Origin: Lytechinus pictus
Taxonomy: Eukaryota
DNA: 64,000 nucleotides
Direction: 5' to 3'
NCBI RefSeq assembly: GCF_037042905.1
Contig: NC_087245.1
Span: forward strand, 23,066,001-23,130,000
Shown here piece by piece: positions 51,643 through 63,880 of this stretch (position 1 is its first letter; each line of letters begins with the position of its first letter). The notes below the pieces were generated by a model, which was not told where the DNA came from, searched no databases, and worked only from the letters and a program-made list of their open reading frames with translations. A program made the position numbers and the translations under genes.

Positions 51643-54600
51643 GTAGTGACAGCAGTAACAGCGGTAAGTAGTTTGAAAGTACAATTGGTCTAAAGATCGG
51701 CACAAATTGGCCCTTCCATCTTCCGCTTATTAGTTTCATAATCTAAAATCAAGTGAAGTCAGAGAATAACTATTTAATGAAAATGTGATTATCTTTATAG
51801 TGATCGTTCCCCCGACCCCGCAACCTGAAGCACACTCGCTCAGTCCTGAATGGTTTAATGACAAGAAAGTGGCTTTACTGTATCGCAAAAACTTATTTTT
51901 TGCCTCAATAGGGGCTCCATAATAGCAGATATTCCCCAAAATACGCAGAATAAAGAAAGGGGTGGGTGACTTCGGCAGTGGTCAGAATAAAGAACAGAGT
52001 TTTTGTTTGGTGTAACTATTTACTGAAAATGTGATCATCATTAAGGTTATCTTGCCCCAATTCCAACACTTGAAATACCCACGATCCGCCCCTGAATGAA
52101 ATGTTAAAACAAAACCGGGAGGCGCGATAGCTCAGTCGGTAGAGCGGGGGACTCGTATTCCGGTGACCCGGGTTCGATTCCCACTTGGTGCGCTAGTGCC
52201 CTTTGGTAAGGCATTAATCCTCAGTACCAGGTCCTTCGGAGGGGACCTTAAGCCGTCGGTCCTCTGGTTGCTTGCCTACAAGCATTCATGCTTTATTAGC
52301 AATCAGGTTAAAAAAAAATCACCACCAAAGTACATTAAAAGATAATGAGCATTTTATTTATGTTTGTTTTTATAGATAGTGACGGCAGTAACAGTGGTAA
52401 GTAGTTTGGAAGTGCAATTGATTTAAAAATCGGCACAAAATGACTCTTTCAACGTCTGCTAATTAGTGTCATAATCAAACAAATTAATGAAATATAATCG
52501 AAAATCAAGTGAAGTCAGAGTACAATTATTCAATGAAAATTTGATTATCTTTAGAGTGATCGTTCCCCCGACACCGCCGCTTGAAGCACACTCGCTCCGT
52601 CTCTGAGTGGTTTCATGACAATAAAAGTGGCTTTACAACATAGCAGAAACTTATTTTTGGGCCTCAATAGGTGCTCCATAATGATATCATTTTTGAATAT
52701 TTTGTCAAAATCTATCAAAAATTTGATTTCTTTTGATTAAAAATGTCATTTGTTCTCACAGCTCTTAAGACATTTTGCCCCATATGCCATGTCTAGCCCC
52801 CTCATTTTTTTTGGTGGTGGTGGGGGGGGGGTTGATTCCCTACACCACTGGTAATGAGTTTGGTTCTGATCAGATTATATCGCCAGTAAATAAGAAATTA
52901 TTCATTCATGCAATTTTGGATCCCAAAGTAGTTTCAAAGAACAGAGGTTATTGGCTGGTGAAACTATTTTTTTAAAGAATAGGATCATCATTAAGGTTAT
53001 CTTTAAGATCACCATTAAGGTAATCTTGCCCCAACTCCACCAAGTGAAATACCCACCATCCGCCCCTGAATGAAATGTTAAAACAATGTACATTAAAAGA
53101 TATTAAGCATTTTATTTATGTTTGTTTTTATAGGCAGTGACAGCGGTAAGAGCGGTAAGTAGTTTGGAAGTGCAATTGGTTTAAAAATCGGCACAAAATG
53201 ACCCCCTCAACTTCAGCTAATTACTCTCATGATGAAACAAATTAAAAAAAATAATAGAATATCAAGTGGAGTCGGATTATAGTTATTGAATGAAAATGTG
53301 ATTATCTTTAGAGTGATCGTTCCCCCGACCCCGCCACTTAAAGCACATTCGCTCCGTCCCTGAATGGTTTCAAAACAATAAAGGTGGCTTTACTGCAGAG
53401 CAGAAGCTCATTTTTTTTGCCTCAATAGGGGCTCCATAGTAGCAGATTTTTCCCATAAATACGCAAAATAAAAAAAATGGGGTGGGTGACCTCGGCAGTT
53501 GTCAGAGAAAGAACAGAAGTTATTGGCTGGTGAAACTATTTACTGCAAATGGAGTCATCATTAAGGTTATCTTACCCCAACTCCACCACTTGAAATACCC
53601 ACGATCCGCCCCTGAATGAAATGTTCAAACAAAGTACATTAAAAGATAATAAGCATTTAATTTTGTGTTTGTTTTTATAGTAAGTGACAGCGGTAACAGC
53701 GGTAAGTAGTTTGAAAGTGCAATTGATCTAAAAATCGGCACAAATTGGCCCCTCCATCTTCTGCTAATTAGTTTCATAATCGAAAATCAAGTGAAGTCAG
53801 AGAATAACTATTCAATGAAAATGTGATTATCTTAAGCATGATCGTTCCCCCTACCCCGATACTTGAAGCACACTCGCCCTTATCCCTGAGCGGTTTCCAT
53901 GACAATAAAAGTGGCTTTACAACATAGTAAAAGCTTGTTTTTTGCCTCAATAAGGGCTCCATAATGATATTATTTCGGAATGTTTTGTCAAAATCTGTCA
54001 AAAATTTGATTTCTTTTAAGTAAAAACGTCATTTGTTCTCACAGCTCTTAAGACATTTTGCCACATATGCCATGTCTAGCCCCCTCATTCTTTTTTTTTT
54101 TGGTAATGGTGGAGGGGGGGTTGAGTCCCTACATCACTGGTAATGAGTTTGGTTCTGATCAGATTATATCGCCAGTAAATAAGAAATTATTCATTCATGC
54201 AATGTTGGATCCCAAAATAGTTTCAAAGAACAGAGGTTATTGGCTGGTGAAACTATTTTTTTAAGAATAGGATCATCATTAAGGTTATCTTGCCCGAACT
54301 CCTCCGAGTGAAATACCCACCATCCGCCCCTGAATGAAATGTTAAAACAATGTACATTTAAAGATATTAAGCATTTTAATTATGTTTGTTTTTATAGGCA
54401 GTGACAGCGGTAACAGCGGTAAGTAGTATGGAAGTGCAATTGATCTAAAAATCGGCACAAATTGGCCCCTCCATCTTTTGCTAATTAGTTTCATAATCGA
54501 AAATCAAGTGAAGTCAGAGAATAACTATTCAATGAAAATGTGATTATCTTAAGCATGATCGTTCCCCCTACCCCGATACTTGAAGCACACTCGCCCTTAT

Positions 54601-57600
54601 CCCTGAGCGGTTTCCATGACAATAAAAGTGGCTTTACAACATAGTAAAAGCTTGTTTTTTGCCTCAATAAGGGCACCATAATGATATTATTTTTGGAATG
54701 TTTTGTCAAAATCTGTCAAAAATTTGATTTCTTTTAAGTAAAAACGTCATTTGTTCTCACAGCTCTTAATACATTTTGCCCAATATGCCATGTCTGGCCC
54801 CTCATTCTTTTTTTTGGTGGTGGTGGGGGGGGGGGGGGAGGGGTTGAATCCCTACATCACTGGTAATGAGTTTGGTTCTGATCAGATTATATCGCCAGTA
54901 AATAAGAAATTATTCATTCATGCAATGTTGGGTCCCAAAGTAGTTTCAAAGAACAGAGGTTATTGGCTGGTGAAACTTTTTTTTTTAAAGAATAGGATCA
55001 TCAATAAGGTTATCTTGCCCGAACTCCTCCGAGTGAAATACCCACCATCCGCCCCTGAATGAAATGTTAAAACAATGTACATTTAAAGATATTAAGCATT
55101 TTATTCATGTTTGTTTTTATAGGCAGTGACAGCGGTAACAGTGGTAAGTAGTTTGGAAGTGCAATTGATTTAAAAATCGGCACAAAATGACTCTTTCAAC
55201 GTCTGCTAATTAGTGTCATAATCAAACAAATTAATGAAATATAATCGAAAATCAAGTGAAGTCAGAGTACAATTATTCAATGAAAATTTGATTATCTTTA
55301 GAGTGATCGTTCCCCCGACACCGCCGCTTGAAGCACACTCGCTCCGTCTCTGAGTGGTTTCATGACAATAAAAGTGGCTTTACAACATAGCAGAAACTTA
55401 TTTTTGGGCCTCAATAGGTGCTCCATAATGATATCATTTTTGAATATTTTGTCAAAATCTATCAAAAATTTGATTTCTTTTGATTAAAAATGTCATTTGT
55501 TCTCACAGCTCTTAAGACATTTTGCCCCATATGCCATGTCTAGCCCCCTCATTTTTTTTGGTGGTGGTGGGGGGGGGGGGGTTGATTCCCTACACCACTG
55601 GTAATGAGTTTGGTTTGGATCAGATTATATCGCCAGTAAACAAGAAATTATTCATTCATGCAATGTTGGATCCCAAAGTAGTTTCAAAGAACAGAGGTTA
55701 TTGGCTGGTGAAACTATTTTTTTAAAGAATAGGATCATCATTAAGGTTATCTTTAAGATCACCATTAAGGTAATCTTGCCCCAACTCCACCAAGTGAAAT
55801 ACCCACCATCCGCCCCTGAATGAAATGTTAAAACAATGTACATTAAAAGATATTAAGCATTTTATTTATGTTTGTTTTTATAGGCAGTGACAGCGGTAAG
55901 AGCGGTAAGTAGTTTGGAAGTGCAATTGGTTTAAAAATCGGCACAAAATGACCCCCTCAACTTCAGCTAATTACTCTCATGATGAAACAAATTAAAAAAA
56001 ATAATAGAATATCAAGTGGAGTCGGATTATAGTTATTGAATGAAAATGTGATTATCTTTAGAGTGATCGTTCCCCCGACCCCGCCACTTAAAGCACATTC
56101 GCTCCGTCCCTGAATGGTTTCAAAACAATAAAGGTGGCTTTACTGCAGAGCAGAAGCTCATTTTTTTTTGCCTCAATAGGGGCTCCATAGTAGCAGATTT
56201 TTCCCATAAATACGCAAAATAAAAAAATGGGGTGGGTGACCTCGGCAGTTGTCAGAGAAAGAACAGAAGTTATTGGCTGGTGAAACTATTTACTGCAAAT
56301 GGAATCATCATTAAGGTTATCTTACCCCAACTCCACCACTTGAAATACCCACGATCCGCCCCTGAATGAAATGTTCAAACAAAGTACATTAAAAGATAAT
56401 AAGCATTTAATTTTGTGTTTGTTTTTATAGTAAGTGACAGCGGTAACAGCGGTAAGTAGTTTGAAAATGCAATTGATCTAAAAATCGGCACAAATTGGCC
56501 CCTCCATCTTCTGCTAATTAGTTTCATAATCGAAAATCAAGTGAAGTCAGAGAATAACTATTCAATGAAAATGTGACTATCTTAAGCATGATCGTTCCCC
56601 CTACCCCGATACTTGAAGCACACTCGCCCTTATCCCTGAGCGGTTTCCATAATAAAAGTGGCTTTACAACATAGTAAAAGCTTGTTTTTTTGCCTCAATA
56701 AGGGCTCCATAAAGATATTATTTTGGAATGTTTTGTCAAAATCTGTCAAAAATTTGATTTCTTTTAAGTAAAAACGTCATTTGTTCTCACAGCTCTTAAG
56801 ACATTTTGCCACATATGCCATGTCTAGCCCCCTCATTCTTTTTTTTTTGGTAATGGTGGAGGGGGGGTTGAGTCCCTACATCACTGGTAATGAGTTTGGA
56901 TCTGATCAGATTATATCGCCAGTAAATAAGAAATTATTCATTCATGCAATGTTGGATCCCAAAATAGTTTCAAAGAACAGAGGTTATTGGCTGGTGAAAC
57001 TATTTTTTTAAGAATAGGAACATCATTAAGGTTATCTTGCCCGAACTCCTCCGAGTGAAATACCCACCATCCGCCCCTGAATGAAATGTTAAAACAATGT
57101 ACATTTAAAGATATTAAGCATTTTATTTATGTTTGTTTTTATAGGCAGTGACAGCGGTAACAGCTGTAAGTAGTATGGAAGTGCAATTGATCTAAAAATC
57201 GGCACAAATTGGCCCCTCCAGCTAATTACTCTCATGATGAAACAAATTTAAAAAAATAATAGAATATCAAGTGGAGTCGGATTATAGTTATTGAATGAAA
57301 ATGTGATTATCTTTAGAGTGATCATTCCCCCGACCCCGCCACTTAAAGCACATTCGCTCCGTCCCTGAATGGTTTCAAAACAATAAAGGTGGCTTTACTG
57401 CAGAGCAGAAGCTCATTTTTTTTTTGCCTCAATAGGGGCTCCATAGTAGCAGATTTTTCCCATAAATACGCAAAATAAAAAAAATGGGGTGGGTGACCTC
57501 GGCAGTTGTCAGAGAAAGAACAGAAGTTATTGGCTGGTGAAACTATTTACTGCAAATGGAATCATCATTAAGGTTATCTTACCCCAACTCCACCACTTGA

Positions 57601-60600
57601 AATACACACGATCCGCCCCTGAATGAAATGTTCAAACAAAGTACATTAAAAGATAATAAGCATTTAATTTTGTGTTTGTTTTTATAGTAAGTGACAGCGG
57701 TAACAGCGGTAAGTAGTTTGAAAGTGCAATTGATCTAAAAATCGGCACAAATTGGCCCCTCCATCTTCTGCTAATTAGTTTCATAATCGAAAATCAAGTG
57801 AAGTCAGAGAATAACTATTCAATGAAAATGTGATTATCTTAAGCATGATCGTTCCCCCTACCCCGATACTTGAAGCACACTCGCCCTTATCCCTGAGCGG
57901 TTTCCATGACAATAAAAGTGGCTTTACAACATAGTAAAAGCTTGTTTTTTGCCTCAATAAGGGCTCCATAATGATATTATTTTGGAATGTTTTGTCAAAA
58001 TCTGTCAAAAATTTGATTTCTTTTAAGTAAAAACGTCATTTGTTCTCACAGCTCTTAAGACATTTTGCCACATATGCCATGTCTAGCCCCCTCATTCTTT
58101 TTTTTTTGGTAATGGTGGAGGGGGGGTTGAGTCCCTACATCACTGGTAATGAGTTTGGTTCTGATCAGATTATATCGCCAGTAAATAAGAAATTATTCAT
58201 TCATGCAATGTTGGATCCCAAAATAGTTTCAAAGAACAGAGGTTATTGGCTGGTGAAACTATTTTTTTAAGAATAGGATCATCATTAAGGTTATCTTGCC
58301 CGAACTCCTCCGAGTGAAATACCCACCATCCGCCCCTGAATGAAATGTCAAAACAATGTACATTTAAAGATATTAAGCATTTTATTTATGTTTGTTTTTA
58401 TAGGCAGTGACAGCGGTAACAGCGGTAAGTAGTATGGAAGTGCAATTGATCTAAAAATCGGCACAAATTGGCCCCTCCATCTTTTGCTAATTAGTTTCAT
58501 AATCGAAAATCAAGTGAAGTCAGAGAATAACTATTCAATGAAAATGTGATTATCTTAAGCATGATCGTTCCCCCTACCCCGATACTTGAAGCACACTCGC
58601 CCTTATCCCTGAGCGGTTTCCATGACAATAAAAGTGGCTTTACAACATAGTAAAAGCTTGTTTTTTGCCTCAATAAGGGCACCATAATGATATTATTTTT
58701 GGAATGTTTTGTCAAAATCTGTCAAAAATTTGATTTCTTTTAAGTAAAAACGTCATTTGTTCTCACAGCTCTTAATACATTTTGCCCAATATGCCATGTC
58801 TGGCCCCTCATTCTTTTTTTTGGTAATGGTGGAGGGGGGGGGGGGTTGAGTCCCTACATCACTGGTAATGAGTTTGGTTCTGATCAGATTATATCGCCAG
58901 TAAATAAGAAATTATTCATTCATGCAATGTTGGATCCCAAAATAGTTTCAAAGAACAGAGGTTATTGGCTGGTGAAACTTTTTTTTTTAAAGAATAGGAT
59001 CATCAATAAGGTTATCTTGCCCGAACTCCTCCGAGTGAAATACCCACCATCCGCCCCTGAATGAAATGTTAAAACAATGTACATTTAAAGATATTAAGCA
59101 TTTTATTCATGTTTGTTTTTATAGGCAGTGACAGCGGTAACAGCGGTAAGTAGTATGGAAGTGCAATTGATCTAAAAATCGGCACAAATTGGCCCCTCCA
59201 TCTTCTGCTAATTAGTTTCATAATCGAAAATCAAGTGAAGTCAGAGAGTAACTATTCAATGAAAATGTGATTATCTTAAGCATGATCGTTCCCCCTACCC
59301 CGATACTTGAAGCACACTCGCCCTTATCCCTGAGCGGTTTCCATGACAATAAAAGTGGCTTTACAACATAGTAAAAGCTTGTTTTTTGCCTCAATAAGGG
59401 CTCCATAATGATATTATTTTTTGAATGTTTTGTCAAAATCTGTCAAAAATTTGATTTCTTTTAAGTAAAAAACGTCATTTGTTCTCACAGCTCTTAAGAC
59501 ATTTTGCCACGTATGCCATGTCTAGCCCCCTCATTCTTTTTTTTGGGGGAATGGTGGAGGGGGGGTTGAGTCCCTATACTGGTAATGAGTTTGGTTCTGA
59601 TCAGATTATATCGCCAGTAAATAAGAAACTATTCATTCATGCAATGTTGGATCCCAAAATAGTTTCAAAGAACAGAGGTTATTGGCTGGTGAAACTATTT
59701 TTTTAAGAATAGGAACATCATTAAGGTTATCTTGCCCAAACTCCTACAAGTGAAATACCCATCATCCGCCCCTGAATGAAATGTTAAAACAATGAACATT
59801 TAAAGATATTAAGCATTTTATTAATGTTTGTTTTTATAGGCAGTGACAGTGGTAACAGCGGTAAGTAGTATGGAAGTGCAATTGATCTAAAAATCGGCAA
59901 AATTGGCCCCTCCATCTTCTTCTAATTAGTTTCATAATCGAAAATCAAGTGAAGTCAGAGAATAACTATTCAATGAAAATGTGATTATCTTAAGCATGAT
60001 CGTTCCCCCTACCCCGATACTTGAAGCACACTCGCCCTTATCCCTGAGCGGTTTCCATGACAATAAAAGTGGCTTTACAACATAGTAAAAGCTTGTTTTT
60101 TGCCTCAATAAGGGCACCATAATGATATTATTTTTGGAATGTTTTGTCAAAATCTGTCAAAAATTTGATTTCTTTTAAGTAAAAACGTCATTTGTTCTCA
60201 CAGCTCTTAATACATTTTGCCCAATATGCCATGTCTGGCCCCTCATTCTTTTTTTGGTGGTGGTGGGGGGGGGGGGGGGTTGAATCCCTACATCACTGGT
60301 AATGAGTTTGGTTCTGATCAGATTATATCGCCAGTAAATAAGAAATTATTCATTCATGCAATTTTGGATCCCAAAGTAGTTTCAAAGAACAGAGGTTATT
60401 GGCTGGTGAAACTATTTTTTTAAAGAATAGGATCATCATTAAGGTTATCTTTAAGATCACCATTAAGGTAATCTTGCCCCAACTCCACCAAGTGAAATAC
60501 CCACCATCCGCCCCTGAATGAAATGTTAAAACAATGTACATTAAAAGATATTAAGCATTTTATTTATGTTTGTTTTTATAGGCAGTGACAGCGGTAAGAG

Positions 60601-63600
60601 CGGTAAGTAGTTTGGAAGTGCAATTGGTTTAAAAATCGGCACAAAATGACCCCCTCAACTTCAGCTAATTACTCTCATGATGAAACAAATTAAAAAAAAT
60701 AATAGAATATCAAGTGGAGTCGGATTATAGTTATTGAATGAAAATGTGATTATCTTTAGAGTGATCGTTCCCCCGACCCCGCCACTTAAAGCACATTCGC
60801 TCCGTCCCTGAATGGTTTCAAAACAATAAAGGTGGCTTTACTGCAGAGCAGAAGCTCATTTTTTTTGCCTCAATAGGGGCTCCATAGTAGCAGATTTTTC
60901 CCATAAATACGCAAAATAAAAAAATGGGGTGGGTGACCTCGGCAGTTGTCAGAGAAAGAACAGAAGTTATTGGCTGGTGAAACTATTTACTGCAAATGGA
61001 ATCATCATTAAGGTTATCTTACCCCAACTCCACCACTTGAAATACCCACGATCCGCCCCTGAATGAAATGTTCAAACAAAGTACATTAAAAGATAATAAG
61101 CATTTAATTTTGTGTTTGTTTTTATAGTAAGTGACAGCGGTAACAGCGGTAAGTAGTTTGAAAGTGCAATTGATCTAAAAATCGGCACAAATTGGCCCCT
61201 CCATCTTCTGCTAATTAGTTTCATAATCGAAAATCAAGTGAAGTCAGAGAATAACTATTCAATGAAAATGTGATTATCTTAAGCATGATCGTTCCCCCTA
61301 CCCCGATACTTGAAGCACACTCGCCCTTATCCCTGAGCGGTTTCCATGACAATAAAAGTGGCTTTACAACATAGTAAAAGCTTGTTTTTTTGCCTCAATA
61401 AGGGCTCCATAATGATATTATTTTGGAATGTTTTGTCAAAATCTGTCAAAAATTTGATTTCTTTTAAGTAAAAACGTCATTTGTTCTCACAGCTCTTAAG
61501 ACATTTTGCCACATATGCCATGTCTAGCTCCCTCATTTTATTTTTTTGGTGGTGGTGGAGGGGGGGGGGGTTGAGTCCCTACATCACTGGTAATGAGTTT
61601 GGTTCTGATCAGATTATATCGCCAGTAAATAAGAAATTATTCATTCATGCAATGTTGGATCCCAAAATAGTTTCAAAGAACAGAGGTTATTGGCTGGTGA
61701 AACTATTTTTTTAAGAATAGGATCATCATTAAGGTTATCTTGCCCGAACTCCTCCGAGTGAAATACCACCAACCGCCCCTGAATGAAATGTTAAAACAAT
61801 GTACATTAAAAGATATTAAGCATTTTATTTATGTTTGTTTTTATAGGCAGTGACAGCGGTAAGAGCGGTAAGTAGTTTGGAAGTGCAATTGGTTTAAAAA
61901 TCGGCACAAAATGACCCCCTCAACTTCAGCTAATTACTCTCATGATGAAACAAATTAAAAAAAATAATAGAATATCAAGTGGAGTCGGATTATAGTTATT
62001 GAATGAAAATGTGATTATCTTTAGAGTGATCGTTCCCCCGACCCCGCCACTTAAAGCACATTCGCTCCGTCCCTGAATGGTTTCAAAACAATAAAGGTGG
62101 CTTTACTGCAGAGCAGAAGCTCATTTTTTTTGCCTCAATAGGGGCTCCATAGTAGCAGATTTTTCCCATAAATACGCAAAATAAAAAAATGGGGTGGGTG
62201 ACCTCGGCAGTTGTCAGAGAAAGAACAGAAGTTATTGGCTGGTGAAACTATTTACTGCAAATGGAATCATCATTAAGGTTATCTTACCCCAACTCCACCA
62301 CTTGAAATACCCACGATCCGCCCCTGAATGAAATGTTCAAACAAAGTACATTAAAAGATAATAAGCATTTAATTTTGTGTTTGTTTTTATAGTAAGTGAC
62401 AGCGGTAACAGCGGTAAGTAGTTTGAAAGTGCAATTGATCTAAAAATCGGCACAAATTGGCCCCTCCATCTTCTGCGAATTAGTTTCATAATCGAAAATC
62501 AAGTGAAGTCAGAGAATAACTATTCAATGAAAATGTGATTATCTTAAGCATGATCGTTCCCCCTACCCCGATACTTGAAGCACACTCGCCCTTATCCCTG
62601 AGCGGTTTCCATGACAATAAAAGTGGCTTTACAACATAGTAAAAGCTTGTTTTTTTGCCTCAATAAGGGCTCAATAATGATATTATTTTGGAATGTTTTG
62701 TCAAAATCTGTCAAAAATTTGATTTCTTTTAAGTAAAAACGTCATTTGTTCTCACAGCTCTTAAGACATTTTGCCACATATGCCATGTCTAGCTCCCTCA
62801 TTTTATTTTTTTGGTGGTGGTGGAGGGGGGGGGGGGGTTGAGTCCCTACATCACTGGTAATGAGTTTGGTTCTGATCAGATTATATCGCCAGTAAATAAG
62901 AAACTATTCATTCATGCAATGTTGGATCCCAAAATAGTTTCAAAGAACAGAGGTTATTGGCTGGTGAAACTATTTTTTTTAAGAATAGGAACATCATTAA
63001 GGTTATCTTGCCCAAACTCCTACAAGTGAAATACCCATCATCCGCCCCTGAATGAAATGTTAAAACAATGAACATTTAAAGATATTAAGCATTTTATTAA
63101 TGTTTGTTTTTATAGGCAGTGACAGTGGTAACAGCGGTAAGTAGTATGGAAGTGCAATTGATCTAAAAATCGGCACAAATTGGCCCCTCCATCTTCTTCT
63201 AATTAGTTTCATAATCGAAAATCAAGTGAAGTCAGAGAATAACTATTCAATGAAAATGTGATTATCTTAAGCATGATCGTTCCCCCTACCCCGATACTTG
63301 AAGCACACTCGCCCTTATCCCTGAGCGGTTTCCATGACAATAAAAGTGGCTTTACAATATAGTAAAAGCTTGTTTTTTGCCTCAATAAGGGCACCATAAT
63401 GATATTATTTTTGGAATGTTTTGTCAAAATCTGTCAAAAATTTGATTTCTTTTAAGTAAAAACGTCATTTGTTCTCACAGCTCTTAATACATTTTGCCCA
63501 ATATGCCATGTCTGGCCCCTCATTCTTTTTTTGGTGGTGGTGGGGGGGGGGGGGGGGTTGAATCCCTACATCACTGGTAATGAGTTTGGTTCTGATCAGA

Positions 63601-63880
63601 TTATATCGCCAGTAAATAAGAAATTATTCATTCATGCAATTTTGGATCCCAAAGTAGTTTCAAAGAACAGAGGTTATTGGCTGGTGAAACTATTTTTTTA
63701 AAGAATAGGATCATCATTAAGGTTATCTTTAAGATCACCATTAAGGTAATCTTGCCCCAACTCCACCAAGTGAAATACCCACCATCCGCCCCTGAATGAA
63801 ATGTTAAAACAATGTACATTAAAAGATATTAAGCATTTTATTTATGTTTGTTTTTATAGGCAGTGACAGCGGTAAGAGCG
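51643..63880 (+). CDS. Gene 2: nineteen 21-nt micro-exons encoding Ser/Asp/Gly heptads, consensus (G/V)SDSG(N/K)S
   Basis: Exon starts 51643, 52376, 53134, 53681, 54398, 55123, 55884, 56431, 57145, 57688, 58404, 59125, 59840, 60582, 61128, 61847, 62393, 63116, 63860. Each is preceded by gtttgtttttatag and followed by gtaagtagt. All are phase 1-1 and join without a stop. Confidence 0.85.
52117..52326 (+). mobile_element. tRNA-derived SINE inserted in the first array intron
   Basis: A box TAGCTCAGTCGG, B box GGTTCGATTCC, non-tRNA body (gtgccctttggtaaggcattaatcc) and A-rich tail. It interrupts the ..aaacaaagtacatt.. sequence that is intact in other units. Confidence 0.85.

Noticed and set aside
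52121..52195. Functional tRNA gene
   Set aside because: It has A and B boxes but no clean cloverleaf, and it runs into a SINE body and A-rich tail.
52775..63819. Many similar 60-100 aa ORFs on both strands in the array as a tandem gene family
   Set aside because: They are intronic, often lack a true ATG and are frameshifted between units by homopolymer length changes.
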